A stretch of DNA of 64,000 bases from Sedimentisphaerales bacterium. Its GTDB lineage: Bacteria; Planctomycetota; Phycisphaerae; Sedimentisphaerales; SM23-30. A program made the translations under genes and the position numbers. Where the stretch lies: NCBI GenBank assembly GCA_963663965.2, contig CAXXFK010000019.1, forward strand, positions 64,001-128,000, given 5' to 3'. Of the stretch, positions 29,840 through 39,776 are shown one piece after another. The notes below the pieces were generated by a model, which made no database searches, was not told the DNA's origin, and saw nothing but the letters and a program-made list of their open reading frames with translations. Position 1 is the stretch's first letter, and the number at the start of each line of letters is the position of its first letter.

Positions 29840-31383
29840 GTAACATTTTAGCCAACTGAAGCAAATTTTCTAAAATTGTCAAGAAAACGCTTGCGCCCGT
29901 GTTTGTTTTGTGTATGCTTAACAAGCATGAGCATGCATAGTAAAGCCCAACAGATTCTGGCCAACCTGAACGGACCGATGACGGCCGAGCAGGCGCGGGC
30001 GATATTTGCCTTGGGTGAAGAGGCGGTGGTGTTTGCTTTGCTGAAATTGTCGTCGCTTCAGACCGTTTCGCCCGCTTCCACTACGGGGGCGTTGGGGCCT
30101 CACGATCCCTCGTGCTCTTCGGGACAGAAACCGCCGTTTGTCAAAGACAATCTCTCGGACAAGCGGCGTAAGAAACTCAAGGGACGCAAAGCGGGTCATC
30201 CCGGCGTTCGCCGACCGGCTCCTGACCGGGTCGACCGGACCGAAGCGCATCGGGCCGACTGTTGTCCGGATTGCGGCGGCCACCTGAAGCGCTGTGCCGA
30301 GACCCGCGAACGACTGATCGAAGACCTGCCCGCCTCGACCCGCATTGAAGTCGTTCGCCATATCATTCATCGCGACTGGTGTTCCAACTGCCGCAAGATG
30401 GTTGAACCGGTGATTGACGCCGCTCTGCCACGCGCCACCGTTGGCAATGGGATGCTGGTGTTGTGCGCCTGGCTGCATTTTGCCCTGGGCAACACGATTT
30501 CGCAGATTCTGGCGGTGTTCAATTACCATTTGCAATTTAAAATGTCCGGCGGCGGCCTGGTGCAGATGTGGCACCGGCTGGCGACCATTCTGGAAGCCTG
30601 GTACGATGAAATTCTGGCTGACATTCAGAAGGTCGGCGCCTTGTTTGCCGACGAGACGGGCTGGCGGATGGATGGCAAAACCCATTGGCTCTGGTGCTTT
30701 ACCAGCGCGACGGCCACCATCTTTACTATCGAGCAATCGCGGGCCGGGCCGGTGGTGCTGGCGTTTATTAAAGAATGGTTCGACGGCGTGTTGGTGAGCG
30801 ACTTCTGGTACGCTTACAATGTGCTGGATTGCGCCAAACAAAAATGCCTGGTGCACCTGTTGCGCGAGTTGGAGCGGGTCAAAAAATATAAGAACTGCGA
30901 CAGCGACTGGCCCCGGTTTGGCAAATCGCTCAAGCGGTTGCTGCGCGATGCCATCCGTCTGAGCAAGCGGCAGGCGGACCTGGAACCGGCCATCTACCAG
31001 CGGCGTTGCGCCCTCATCGAAAAACGACTGCAAGCGATTCTGGATCATGCCTGGTCCCATCCCGATGCCAAGCGGCTGATAAAACGGCTCAAACGTCATC
31101 AAGCCGAACTGTTTACCTTTTTGTATCATCCGGAAGTGCCCTTCGACAATAACTTCGGCGAACGCAGTATCCGTGGCGCAGTGATCATGCGCAAAAACAG
31201 CTACAACAACCGCAGCCCGCGGGGCGCCCGCATCCAATCCATCCTGATGAGCGTGTTCTACACCCTCAAACAGCGTGGTCTCAATCCGGTCGCCGCTGTC
31301 AAAAAAGCACTGCAAATCTATCTCCAAACGGGTAAATTACCTACTTTAGCCCAATTACCTGCTTCACTTGGCTAAAATCTTAC
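29840..31383 (+). mobile_element. IS66-family insertion sequence (single-ORF, ISBst12-like organisation)
   Basis: IRL GTAACATTTTAGCCAA (29840) and IRR TTGGCTAAAATCTTAC (ends 31383), one mismatch. 8-bp TSD ATATACTC at 29832-29839 and 31384-31391. Confidence 0.95.
29927..31375 (+). CDS. IS66-family DDE transposase
   Basis: G.K.GH.G, CPDCG and CSNC zinc finger, ADETGW, WLW, LVSD...Y, QKCLVHLLR, DNN.GER.IR. Confidence 0.93.
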   Translation: MSMHSKAQQILANLNGPMTAEQARAIFALGEEAVVFALLKLSSLQTVSPASTTGALGPHDPSCSSGQKPPFVKDNLSDKRRKKLKGRKAGHPGVRRPAPDRVDRTEAHRADCCPDCGGHLKRCAETRERLIEDLPASTRIEVVRHIIHRDWCSNCRKMVEPVIDAALPRATVGNGMLVLCAWLHFALGNTISQILAVFNYHLQFKMSGGGLVQMWHRLATILEAWYDEILADIQKVGALFADETGWRMDGKTHWLWCFTSATATIFTIEQSRAGPVVLAFIKEWFDGVLVSDFWYAYNVLDCAKQKCLVHLLRELERVKKYKNCDSDWPRFGKSLKRLLRDAIRLSKRQADLEPAIYQRRCALIEKRLQAILDHAWSHPDAKRLIKRLKRHQAELFTFLYHPEVPFDNNFGERSIRGAVIMRKNSYNNRSPRGARIQSILMSVFYTLKQRGLNPVAAVKKALQIYLQTGKLPTLAQLPASLG

Positions 31384-31489
31384 ATATACTCTGTGTTATA
31401 TAAAGACCCGTTGATCGAATCATAGTTACTGTGTTTTATTATAATCAGAGCGATATCAATCATGCCCATTTAATGAACACGGAAAGAAT

Positions 31490-33328
31490 ATGGCTTTAAA
31501 CTTAAATTTAATACAATCATGTCTGGTAGTGTTTGTCATATTGATGACGAGCCGTTTAACCGTAGCGGTAGAAATGGAACTGGGACAAGTTGAAAAAACA
31601 CCTAAGGATTTGTACGGATTCAATTGCAATCTATTGATGGCGATTGCTTTTGAGGGCGTCACTACTGGCGGGGTGGAAATGGAGAACGCAATAGCCGATT
31701 TAAAACCGGCAGGATTACGCTTTCCTGGGGGCACTATAGCAAACAATTATTTATGGCAGAAAGATTCCTTTTCCGAACAGAAAGACGATTTGACCCAATG
31801 GGCCGGTAAACAGATCGATCTTTTTCGCAAGATGGGCAAGCCTTATGATTTGCCGGGCTATATCCGGCAATGCCGTCAGTATCAACTAAACCCGATCTGG
31901 GTATTAAATATCTACGAAGAAACTCCGGAAAGCGCGGTAGCGTTAATGGAAAAACTGGCAGGGATGAGATTGAAAGTCAAAATGGTTGAAATGGGCAATG
32001 AACCATACTGGGATCCGAGATCGTTAAATAATGTGGATATCTACAGTCAATACTGTCGGCCATTGGCCCAGGCTCTGAAACAATATGATCCGGCTTTGGC
32101 AATTGGGGCTTGTTTTGGTCCGCTCCAGAATGAACCCTATAACTATCGCGACAAATGGAATTCCATACTGGCCAGCCAGGACTGGTATGATGCTATTATC
32201 TTTCATGACTATTACGGTGGCCAGGGGTTTGTCCTGGAAAAAGGTGCAAAACTACCCTCCGAAGCCCTATTGCATCCCGAGCCTTTTATTGACGATCCGG
32301 TGGAAGAACTTACTCAATTAGTTCCTAACAAACCAATCTGGCTGACAGAGTGGAATATTGGCAGCGAAGGGGTTAAACAGTGGAAGAACACAGGTGCAGA
32401 GCTACTTTTTCTTGGGGTGGTTTTCAATCGTCTATTTGAACATCGGCATTCGGTTTCATGTTCTGTTTTTCATCAAATTTATGATAGTCATTTTGGCACA
32501 TTCTATTATGACAAAGAATCCGGAACGATCAAAACGATGGCTTCCTATCAGTTTTTCAGGCTGATGGGCAAGGCACTGGCAAATACTGAATATTTCAGGA
32601 CGGCCCGATTTGATGACGCCGATATATCTGGTTTTGTGACAATAGCATCAGATGGCCACCGTTTATTCCTAGTCAATCGAGGCGCAAAGTCCCAGGCCAT
32701 TCATTTGCCCAATGAATTTAACGGGGTGTTGAAACGGATATGGATCGATTGTCCGCCAGAAAAAAATCTGGGTGCGATAGAGGATGCTATTCAAATAACC
32801 GAGCTAACGGGGCGCGAGGCGGTTGTACCCAGTTATTCTATCTGTTTAATCGCACCTTCGAGTGTTTTAATTGATACACCAGATCGAGAACGAAAAAAGA
32901 ATCTTTTTCCAACCCGGCCCTATTTGACTTTGTGGTATCCACCTTATGCCAGTCAGCAACCGCGCGTTGATGAACGAGGTGTTTATACCCTGAGTTTCGC
33001 CGGATTGACTGACAAGCCAATGGCAATAGTCAAAATCAATCTTAATGGCCTTGGCCTTAAAGCCGGAGCTTGTTGCAGACTCACTTTTCAGGCCAGAGCA
33101 GAACCCCCTGACACGCTGATCATCAATTTACCGGAACAGGCAATTGACCGCGACGAGGCTCTAAGCGTCTGGTTGCCTTTAACGCAGCAGGATAGAATTA
33201 TACAGAAGACCTTCATCTACGATCCGAATCTAAATCAAGGTGAAGTCAGTTTTTTCTTTGAACAGAAAACAATTGCGCGAGGCGGTAAATATGTCTTTGG
33301 GGATTTCAAGATATCTGTGTTAGAGTGA
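31490..33328 (+). CDS. Secreted clan GH-A glycoside hydrolase (GH51/GH79-like) with C-terminal beta-sandwich module
   Basis: Signal peptide, LRFPGGT.AN.Y.W, EMGNEPY (acid/base), FHDY, IWLTEWN (nucleophile). Confidence 0.72.
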   Translation: MALNLNLIQSCLVVFVILMTSRLTVAVEMELGQVEKTPKDLYGFNCNLLMAIAFEGVTTGGVEMENAIADLKPAGLRFPGGTIANNYLWQKDSFSEQKDDLTQWAGKQIDLFRKMGKPYDLPGYIRQCRQYQLNPIWVLNIYEETPESAVALMEKLAGMRLKVKMVEMGNEPYWDPRSLNNVDIYSQYCRPLAQALKQYDPALAIGACFGPLQNEPYNYRDKWNSILASQDWYDAIIFHDYYGGQGFVLEKGAKLPSEALLHPEPFIDDPVEELTQLVPNKPIWLTEWNIGSEGVKQWKNTGAELLFLGVVFNRLFEHRHSVSCSVFHQIYDSHFGTFYYDKESGTIKTMASYQFFRLMGKALANTEYFRTARFDDADISGFVTIASDGHRLFLVNRGAKSQAIHLPNEFNGVLKRIWIDCPPEKNLGAIEDAIQITELTGREAVVPSYSICLIAPSSVLIDTPDRERKKNLFPTRPYLTLWYPPYASQQPRVDERGVYTLSFAGLTDKPMAIVKINLNGLGLKAGACCRLTFQARAEPPDTLIINLPEQAIDRDEALSVWLPLTQQDRIIQKTFIYDPNLNQGEVSFFFEQKTIARGGKYVFGDFKISVLE

Positions 33329-33460
33329 ATTCAAAGATTATTCGCATACACGAATTCCTATATGATAACAGAAGGTCTCTTGGGACAGTGGTTCTAGAAG
33401 GGGATTGATCCTCTGCCGAAGGGCTATGAGTTTACCACGCGCAATTGGATACAGGTAATG

Positions 33461-33546
33461 GGCGGGCTATGCACGGTTATCTCCTCCTGAGGCGGACCTT
33501 CGGCATTGGGGCGGATGTTGTTTTATTTTTCGTTACGCTCGATTCA
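33461..33546. repeat. Degenerate partial copy of the array junction (REP tail plus start of unit)
   Basis: GGCGGGCTATGCAC resembles 28831 GGCGGGCTATGCGC. GGCGGATGTTGTTTTATTTTTCGTTACGCTCGATTC resembles unit 1 GGCGGATGTTCGTTTTATTTTTAGTTAAGCTCAATTC. Confidence 0.7.
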
Positions 33547-33830
33547 AATTGGAACTCACAAGGCGACGAATCCACCCACAAGCGACGTTTTCAGGTGAAC
33601 GTCACAAAATAACTTCCAGCGATAGGATTAACACAAAGTAAAAAAACCGAGTCTTTAAACAGGTCTGATATCGCGCCGTTTGGAGCTGCCATCCAAAAAA
33701 GTCTTGCGGGGCGATCTGGCGAGGAGGGAATTAACTTGTACCTGTCATCCATATCCGCTACATTAACGGTGTAGTTTCGGTGACTTATAACCGCCCTGCC
33801 GGTTGGCGGGGCTTATCTGGAGGCACTCTG

Positions 33831-35306
33831 ATGGCTAAAATCGCGATGATCGGCGCCGGTTCGATGGTATTCTGCAAAACCCTGGTTAATGACATTCTGG
33901 CCACGCCCGCGTTGCAGAACAGCGAGATCTGTCTGATGAACCGGACCAAGCCCAAACTGGACCGGATGGAAGCGTTTGTCCGGCGGATGGTGGCGGAGAA
34001 TAACCTGCCGGCCCGGATCAGCGCTACGACCGATCGTCAGAAGGCGCTGGACGGGGCTAAATATGTTATCGTCATGATCCAGGTCGGCGGGCTGGATGCC
34101 TTCCATTACGATTATACCATTCCGCTGAAATATGGCGTCGATCAATGCATTGGCGATTCCTTGAATCCCGGCGGGATCTTTCGGGGGTTGCGGACCATTC
34201 CGGTTCTGGCGGATATTGCCGCCGATATGGAAGCATTCGCCACGCCCGACGCCGTCATGCTCAACTATGCCAATCCGATGGCGGCCTGCTGCATGGCTTT
34301 GGGCTGGATTACCAAAGTGCCTTTTATCGGCCTGTGTCACGGTGTGCAGACTACCCTGGACCTGATCAGCGGGTATACGGGCCGGCCGAAGGAGCAGATC
34401 GATTTTCTCTGCGCCGGGATCAACCACATGGCCTGGTTCCTGTCGCTGAAGGATAAGAAAAGCGGCGCGGATCTCTATCCTATCCTGAAAGCCAGGTGTG
34501 AAAAACCGGAATACTACATGAACGAAAAGGTTCGCTGTGAGGTGATGCGTCATTTCGGGTACTTTATGACCGAATCGACCGGCCATCTTTCTGAGTATCT
34601 GCCATGGTTCCGCTCCCATAAGCGTGCTCTCAAACAGTATTGCGACATGCCCGACTTCGGCGGCGCCAGCGGGGCTTATTACCACTACGCCAACGCGCTG
34701 GCCAAGAAATATAAGAATGTCGATTACCTGGCCCAGGAAAGCCCGAAAATTTCCTCGCGCTCCATCGAATTCTGCTCTTATATTCTCGAGGCGATGGAAA
34801 CCGATACCATCTTCAAACTGAACGGTAATGTCCGCAACGATGGCTACATTGCCAACCTGCCGCCCGACTGCTGCGTGGAGGTGCCGGTTTTTGTTGACCG
34901 CCGCGGTCTTCATCCGGTTGGCGTTGGCAACCTGCCCAGCCAACTGGCCGCGCTCAACCAGTCCAATATCACGGTACAATCGCTTGCGGTCGAGGCCGGC
35001 CTGAGCGGTGATCCGGAAATGGTGATGCAGGCCTGCGCCCTGGACCCGCTGACCAGCGGTTGCTGCACCCTGGCCGAAATCCGGGAGATGACCGCCGAGA
35101 TGCTCAAGGCCGAAAAAAAATGGCTGCCCCAGTTCGCCGGTAAGAAACTGAAACCCACCCCGGTCATTAACATTCCCAAATCGACCCAACCGGCACCCGT
35201 CCCGCTCGATCCGGCCCTGGCGATTGCCAACCGATTCGGTGAACTGGCCCAGCGGCAGGTTGAATCCGCGAAAAAACCGGCTAAAACCAAGAAGAAAAGC
35301 AGGTAA
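33831..35306 (+). CDS. melA: GH4 NAD-dependent alpha-galactosidase
   Basis: KIAMIGAGS..F, IPLKYGVDQCIGD...PGG.FR.LRT, LNYANP, GLCHGVQ, AGINH, TES.GH.SEY.PWF. GGAGG RBS. Confidence 0.9.
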   Translation: MAKIAMIGAGSMVFCKTLVNDILATPALQNSEICLMNRTKPKLDRMEAFVRRMVAENNLPARISATTDRQKALDGAKYVIVMIQVGGLDAFHYDYTIPLKYGVDQCIGDSLNPGGIFRGLRTIPVLADIAADMEAFATPDAVMLNYANPMAACCMALGWITKVPFIGLCHGVQTTLDLISGYTGRPKEQIDFLCAGINHMAWFLSLKDKKSGADLYPILKARCEKPEYYMNEKVRCEVMRHFGYFMTESTGHLSEYLPWFRSHKRALKQYCDMPDFGGASGAYYHYANALAKKYKNVDYLAQESPKISSRSIEFCSYILEAMETDTIFKLNGNVRNDGYIANLPPDCCVEVPVFVDRRGLHPVGVGNLPSQLAALNQSNITVQSLAVEAGLSGDPEMVMQACALDPLTSGCCTLAEIREMTAEMLKAEKKWLPQFAGKKLKPTPVINIPKSTQPAPVPLDPALAIANRFGELAQRQVESAKKPAKTKKKSR

Positions 35307-35615
35307 GACTTCGTAAACACAGGGCGGTCAAGCCGCAAGACAAAATGGGCTTGTGATGTTAAGATTCACCACGAATTTCACTAATTTTGGGGACACGAAT
35401 TAACACTAAAAAAACGGCTGTGGTCTGATGGAATGGTCGATTACGATTAATACTTCGGCCAAGTAAAAGAGCCTGGTAAATATAAGACGAATAAATACTG
35501 ATAAAACAAGAAATCACGATGCAAATAATACAACAAAATGATGGATAGTAGTACCAGAGGGGGCGTATTGCCCTACTCATTTTTAATGTAACATGATCGC
35601 GCGGGTAGTTTTTTT

Positions 35616-36940
35616 GGCTCATCCGGTTAATGAGTAGTTTTGGTTATGGATATGATGGATCCGGAGATAGAAGTATTCCTGATCGCGGTAGCCATGAGCC
35701 ATTCGTTGCAGGAGGCCGATTTTACGGTTATTGACTTCGACTTTGCTGGTGCTGATGGGATGGTCATACCAATTGAGCAGGAAGGGTTTCCAGAGTTGCA
35801 GTTGTTTGGCGGCATCCAGCAGGATCCGAATCCCGCTGGTTTGCGCCTGGCTGATCCAGCGTTTGAGTTCCTGTTCAGCCAGCGGAGCCGTGATCGCATC
35901 AAAAAGGAGACGGAGCCGTTCTTTCATGTAATAGGCGGTGGCCAGCGGCTGGTTGAGTTGCAGAGCCTCCTGCAACCGGCGCCGTTCATCTTTGGCGCTA
36001 TCGGCATGGGATTTAAGGTTCTCCGGCGCTTTGAGCAGCAGCCAGCGGCTGCCTTTGAGTACCGCTTTGCCCATGGTATCGGCCTCCCGGTATAAATCCC
36101 GGCGTAAGCGGGTCAGTTTGTCGTTAAACCATTTGACCAGATGAAAATGGTCCAGCACCAGTTTGGCTTGCGGCAGTTCTTTCAGGACACTGGTCATAAA
36201 ACCACTGGCCATATCGGTAGCCACCGCGGCAATCACCGCCCGGCTGCGTCGGACACGCCCCCAGAATCCCACCAGGGCCTCTTGGCCTTTGCCCTGGCCG
36301 ATATGCAAAATTTGACCGCTTTCCAGGTCGGTTACCAGCGAGATGTATTTGCTTTTCCTGCCCAGATACAATTCGTCAATCCCCAGATAACGAACCTTTT
36401 TCAGGGAAATCTTTCGGTACCGTCGACCTAGCCAGGACTTATGAATCGATTTGATGGTATCCCAGCTTAAGCCGGTCCGTCGGGCCACCTCTTGCAGGGA
36501 AGCCGCCTGACATAAATCGATGACATACCGTTCCAACGCATGGGTGTAATGCTTCTTGGGGTCGGCAAATGGCAGATGAGGCTGACGAATGGCCCCGCAC
36601 GCCTGACATTTCAATCGGGGAATAGTGACAAGCAACTCCATTTGACGCAGACCGGCAGGTACCATGGCAAACCTCCGGGCCTTGTGACCGAAGTAAATGA
36701 AATTACGGGAGTTACAACAAGGGCAACGCAGACTATCCGCCGGCAAGATGCCGTGAATCACGCTCTTGCCCGCAAAAATATTCTGTCTTTTGGTATTGAA
36801 CACCTCGAACACCAAAAGTATGATACAACATACTTGTGGACATGACTTTAGCTCCTAATATGAGGTTTTATTTTTTTCCTCAAACAGTAAAGTCATGTCT
36901 CTCTTTTTGCAACATTAACTACTCATTTTTCGGAAGAACC
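35616..36940 (-). mobile_element. ISL3-family insertion sequence
   Basis: Imperfect 24-bp IRs GGCTCATCCGGTTAATGAGTAGTT and (rev) GGTTCTTCCGAAAAATGAGTAGTT. 8-bp TSD GTTTTTTT at 35608-35615 and 36941-36948. Confidence 0.93.
35619..36843 (-). CDS. ISL3-family transposase with +1 frameshift near 36776
   Basis: CPCC and CQAC, LGIDE, ATDM, DHFHLVK, LKGSRWLLLK, E..N.KI...R..HGYRD..YF. The N-terminus MSTSMLYHTFGVRG..Y lies in another frame and joins at the A5 run 36774-36778. Confidence 0.88.
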
Positions 36941-36976
36941 GTTTTTTTCAGGTTGCCGGGATACTATCCGGGGTTA

Positions 36977-38329
36977 TCAAACTGTATCGGGCATGGTGTA
37001 GGGGGGGCGGTAGGTACGGGTGAGGAGTTTGTCTGCTTCGGGGTCGTTGATGAACTTTTCGGCGACGGGGTTGAAGGTCAGTTTGCGGCCGGTGCGGTAG
37101 GAGATGAGGCCCAGATGGCCGATGGAGGCGGAGAGGTGGCCTTCGGCGATGTCGCAATCGAGGTCTTCCACTTTGCGGCTCCGGACGCAGTCGATGAAGT
37201 TTTTCCAGTTGTCGCTTCTTTCGCCGGCGGGGAAGTCCGCCTCGGAGACGCTGGGGCCGGGTTCGTTTTTGGGGCCGAAATAGGTTTTGAAGCCGTTGTT
37301 GATGGACATCCATCCCTGGTCGCTGTAAATAAAACAGTCGCCGGAATCGGGCATGCCTTCGGGATTGGTGTAGAGACTACGCACTTCGTTCTGAATAATC
37401 ATGCCGTTGTCATATTCATAGGTGGCCATCAACACGTTGGGGACCTCCTGGTCATCGTCGCGGCCGTATTTGCCGCCGGTGCAGTGGATTCTGACGGGGT
37501 GGGTGTCGAGATCGAGGGCCCAGCGGGCCATGTCCATGCGATAGATGCCATTGTTGCCGAATTCGGTGGTTCCGGTATCCCAGAACCAGTGCCATTGATA
37601 GATGTAGCGGTTCTCGTTAAAGGGGCGATAGGGGGCCGGTCCCAGGAAGGTGTCCCAATGGACGCCGGGGGGGATGGGGCTGTCTTCGACATGGCCGATC
37701 GTGACGCGATGGCGGTAGGTAATGCCGCGGGCCATGTAGACCTTGCCCAGTTTGCCTTCCTGAATGAACTTGACGGCGGCTTTACTGCCCAGGCTGCTGC
37801 GCGGATTGATGCCGTTCTGGACAATACGCTGGTATTTTCGGGCGGCGTCGATCATCTTGCGGCCTTCGGCGACGTTATGATGGGCGGGTTTTTCGACGTA
37901 AACATCCTTTTTGGCCTGACAGGCCCAGACGGTGTGCAGGGCGTGCCAATGGTCGGGGGTAGCCAGTGAAACGGCGTCGATATCCTTGTCATCGAGAATT
38001 TTGCGAAAATCGACTTCGGTTTGGGGGGCGGTTCCGAACTTCTTTTCAATGGTGGCAACCACGTTGGGGAACAGACGTTCATCCACATCGCAGATGGTTT
38101 TTATCCTGACGTTGGGGATTTCCGCGTACTTGTTGATATGGACCTGGCCGCGGCCGCTGATCATGCCGCGGACCGATTTGCGGGAACCGCTGATCCCGAC
38201 CACGGCGACATTGATTCTTTCATTGGGACTGTCCGATATCATGCTCTTAACATACGCCGGAGCGGCCATGGTGGCTCCTACGGCAGCGGCGGATTTCTTA
38301 ATGAATTCTCTGCGTTGAATCGATTTCAT
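36977..38329 (-). CDS. Tat-exported Gfo/Idh/MocA oxidoreductase
   Basis: RREFIK Tat motif, ICDVD, DIDAV..ATPDHWHA, KDVYVEKP, W..FLGPAP. Confidence 0.9.
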   Translation of the reverse strand: MKSIQRREFIKKSAAAVGATMAAPAYVKSMISDSPNERINVAVVGISGSRKSVRGMISGRGQVHINKYAEIPNVRIKTICDVDERLFPNVVATIEKKFGTAPQTEVDFRKILDDKDIDAVSLATPDHWHALHTVWACQAKKDVYVEKPAHHNVAEGRKMIDAARKYQRIVQNGINPRSSLGSKAAVKFIQEGKLGKVYMARGITYRHRVTIGHVEDSPIPPGVHWDTFLGPAPYRPFNENRYIYQWHWFWDTGTTEFGNNGIYRMDMARWALDLDTHPVRIHCTGGKYGRDDDQEVPNVLMATYEYDNGMIIQNEVRSLYTNPEGMPDSGDCFIYSDQGWMSINNGFKTYFGPKNEPGPSVSEADFPAGERSDNWKNFIDCVRSRKVEDLDCDIAEGHLSASIGHLGLISYRTGRKLTFNPVAEKFINDPEADKLLTRTYRPPYTMPDTV

Positions 38330-38388
38330 GGTCTTGCCTTTCGATATTCAGAATGCTTACGAAAATCATTTGGTCAGGCACTTTTGTA

Positions 38389-39276
38389 TCAGACGTTAAA
38401 TTTTTCCTTGATCTGTTTCCATTTGAGGGCATGGTCGATCAGCAATTGGGTGTTATCACCTTTCTTGATGATCTCGACGGAGAAAGCGCCTTCGAAACCA
38501 TCATAAAGCAGCAGTTCGAACTGTCGCTCTACCGCCTGCATGGTTTCGGGTTCATCGGCAAAATTGAAGTGGACATGTACGACACGGCCCTTGATGTGAC
38601 GATAGGCGGTGTCGGTATCTTCATCGTGTTTGAGAGAGTGGGCCAGGTGCCAATTGACACGAAAGGCCGGAGGGAAACCGGCCAGGAACATCATTTCACC
38701 GGCATCGATACCAACGCTGTTGCCGTGGGTTTCGAGGGCCAGCAGGACGCCGGCCTGCCAGGCTTTTTCGGCGGCGCGGGCCTGATATTCAGCCTGGATC
38801 TTGTGGCTTTCGTGACGCTGATCCGGATCGGTGGGGAGGGTGTCGGCAAAGAAACGAATGCAGGGCGCGCCGAGGTCTGACGCGAGATCGATGTAGCGGA
38901 ACATGGTTTCCAATTGCTGGTCCCGGTCGTTGTTGAGGAATTTGACGCCGGGTGACACGGCTGAGATGCTAATTCCCTGGTCCCTGAAGCGGGCACGCGC
39001 CTCCTTGCGCTGGGCGGGGGTCATGGACAATTCGACACCGTGCGCCTGTTTCCATTCGGGTCGGAATTCGATGGCCTGATAGCCATGGATTCGAGCCAGC
39101 TCGATCAGTTCCGGCAGGGTTTTGTCCTGGGCCATGGAGGTCATGAATCCGAGTTTCATGTTGAATTTTTTGCCTGAGGGCAGGGGCTGGGCGTGCGTGG
39201 TATTGGGAACACCGGCCAATGCCGCCGCTGCTACTGAAGTTGTGGTAATAAATGAACGTCTCGATATCTGTTCCAT
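38389..39276 (-). CDS. Tat-exported sugar phosphate isomerase/epimerase (AP endonuclease 2 TIM barrel)
   Basis: SRRSFI, GY.AIE.R, IDLA.DLGAP.IR.F, LETHG, HVH, SVE. Confidence 0.8.
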   Translation of the reverse strand: MEQISRRSFITTTSVAAAALAGVPNTTHAQPLPSGKKFNMKLGFMTSMAQDKTLPELIELARIHGYQAIEFRPEWKQAHGVELSMTPAQRKEARARFRDQGISISAVSPGVKFLNNDRDQQLETMFRYIDLASDLGAPCIRFFADTLPTDPDQRHESHKIQAEYQARAAEKAWQAGVLLALETHGNSVGIDAGEMMFLAGFPPAFRVNWHLAHSLKHDEDTDTAYRHIKGRVVHVHFNFADEPETMQAVERQFELLLYDGFEGAFSVEIIKKGDNTQLLIDHALKWKQIKEKFNV

Positions 39277-39776
39277 TTTCTGGATCTCCAAATACAATTA
39301 AGGCACCTCAAAAAAACCTTCAGTCAAAAAGTGATTCACCTATACAGCAAGTCGTTATGTCGATAACAATCGGACATCAGCCGATATTGCGGGAAAAATA
39401 CAAAAACAGGGGATGGGGTTGTGATTGGCAGGGGAGCATGGAGGTATGCAATTTTGCAGGGGATGGTGAAAAGTGTGGAAAGTTAAGTGCGAAATTAAAA
39501 AAATGAAATAAATCATGGATCGGACTGGTTGTACAGTCTGGAAAACAGGGTAATGAGAGGCGTAAAATCAGGCGAATCGAATTCGATCGATTTCCGGCTT
39601 CAGGTCAATTATAGTAAATATGATGACTTTCTGTTTATTGGGCCAGACTGGAGATATGATTTTTTTCCATCGAGACTATGACATTCTAAGCGCTGGAAAG
39701 CTGAAATGAATGACAAATTAAATTGGCTGCGATACCGTTCTTGATCATTAACGGAACAAAATAAGGAGATATCCCA

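Noticed and set aside
29918..31327. 469-aa antisense ORF
   Set aside because: Shadow of the IS66 transposase with no recognisable motifs.
33813..35189. 458-aa antisense ORF
   Set aside because: Shadow of the GH4 gene in GC-rich, codon-biased DNA.
35359..35622. 87-aa ORF beside ISL3
   Set aside because: It starts inside the IS terminus and runs through repeat DNA, so it is at most a gene fragment.
36836..37969. 377-aa ORF, and similar ones at 13432, 25459, 44519 and 51851
   Set aside because: They overlap well-supported genes on the opposite strand or in another frame, and have no family motifs.
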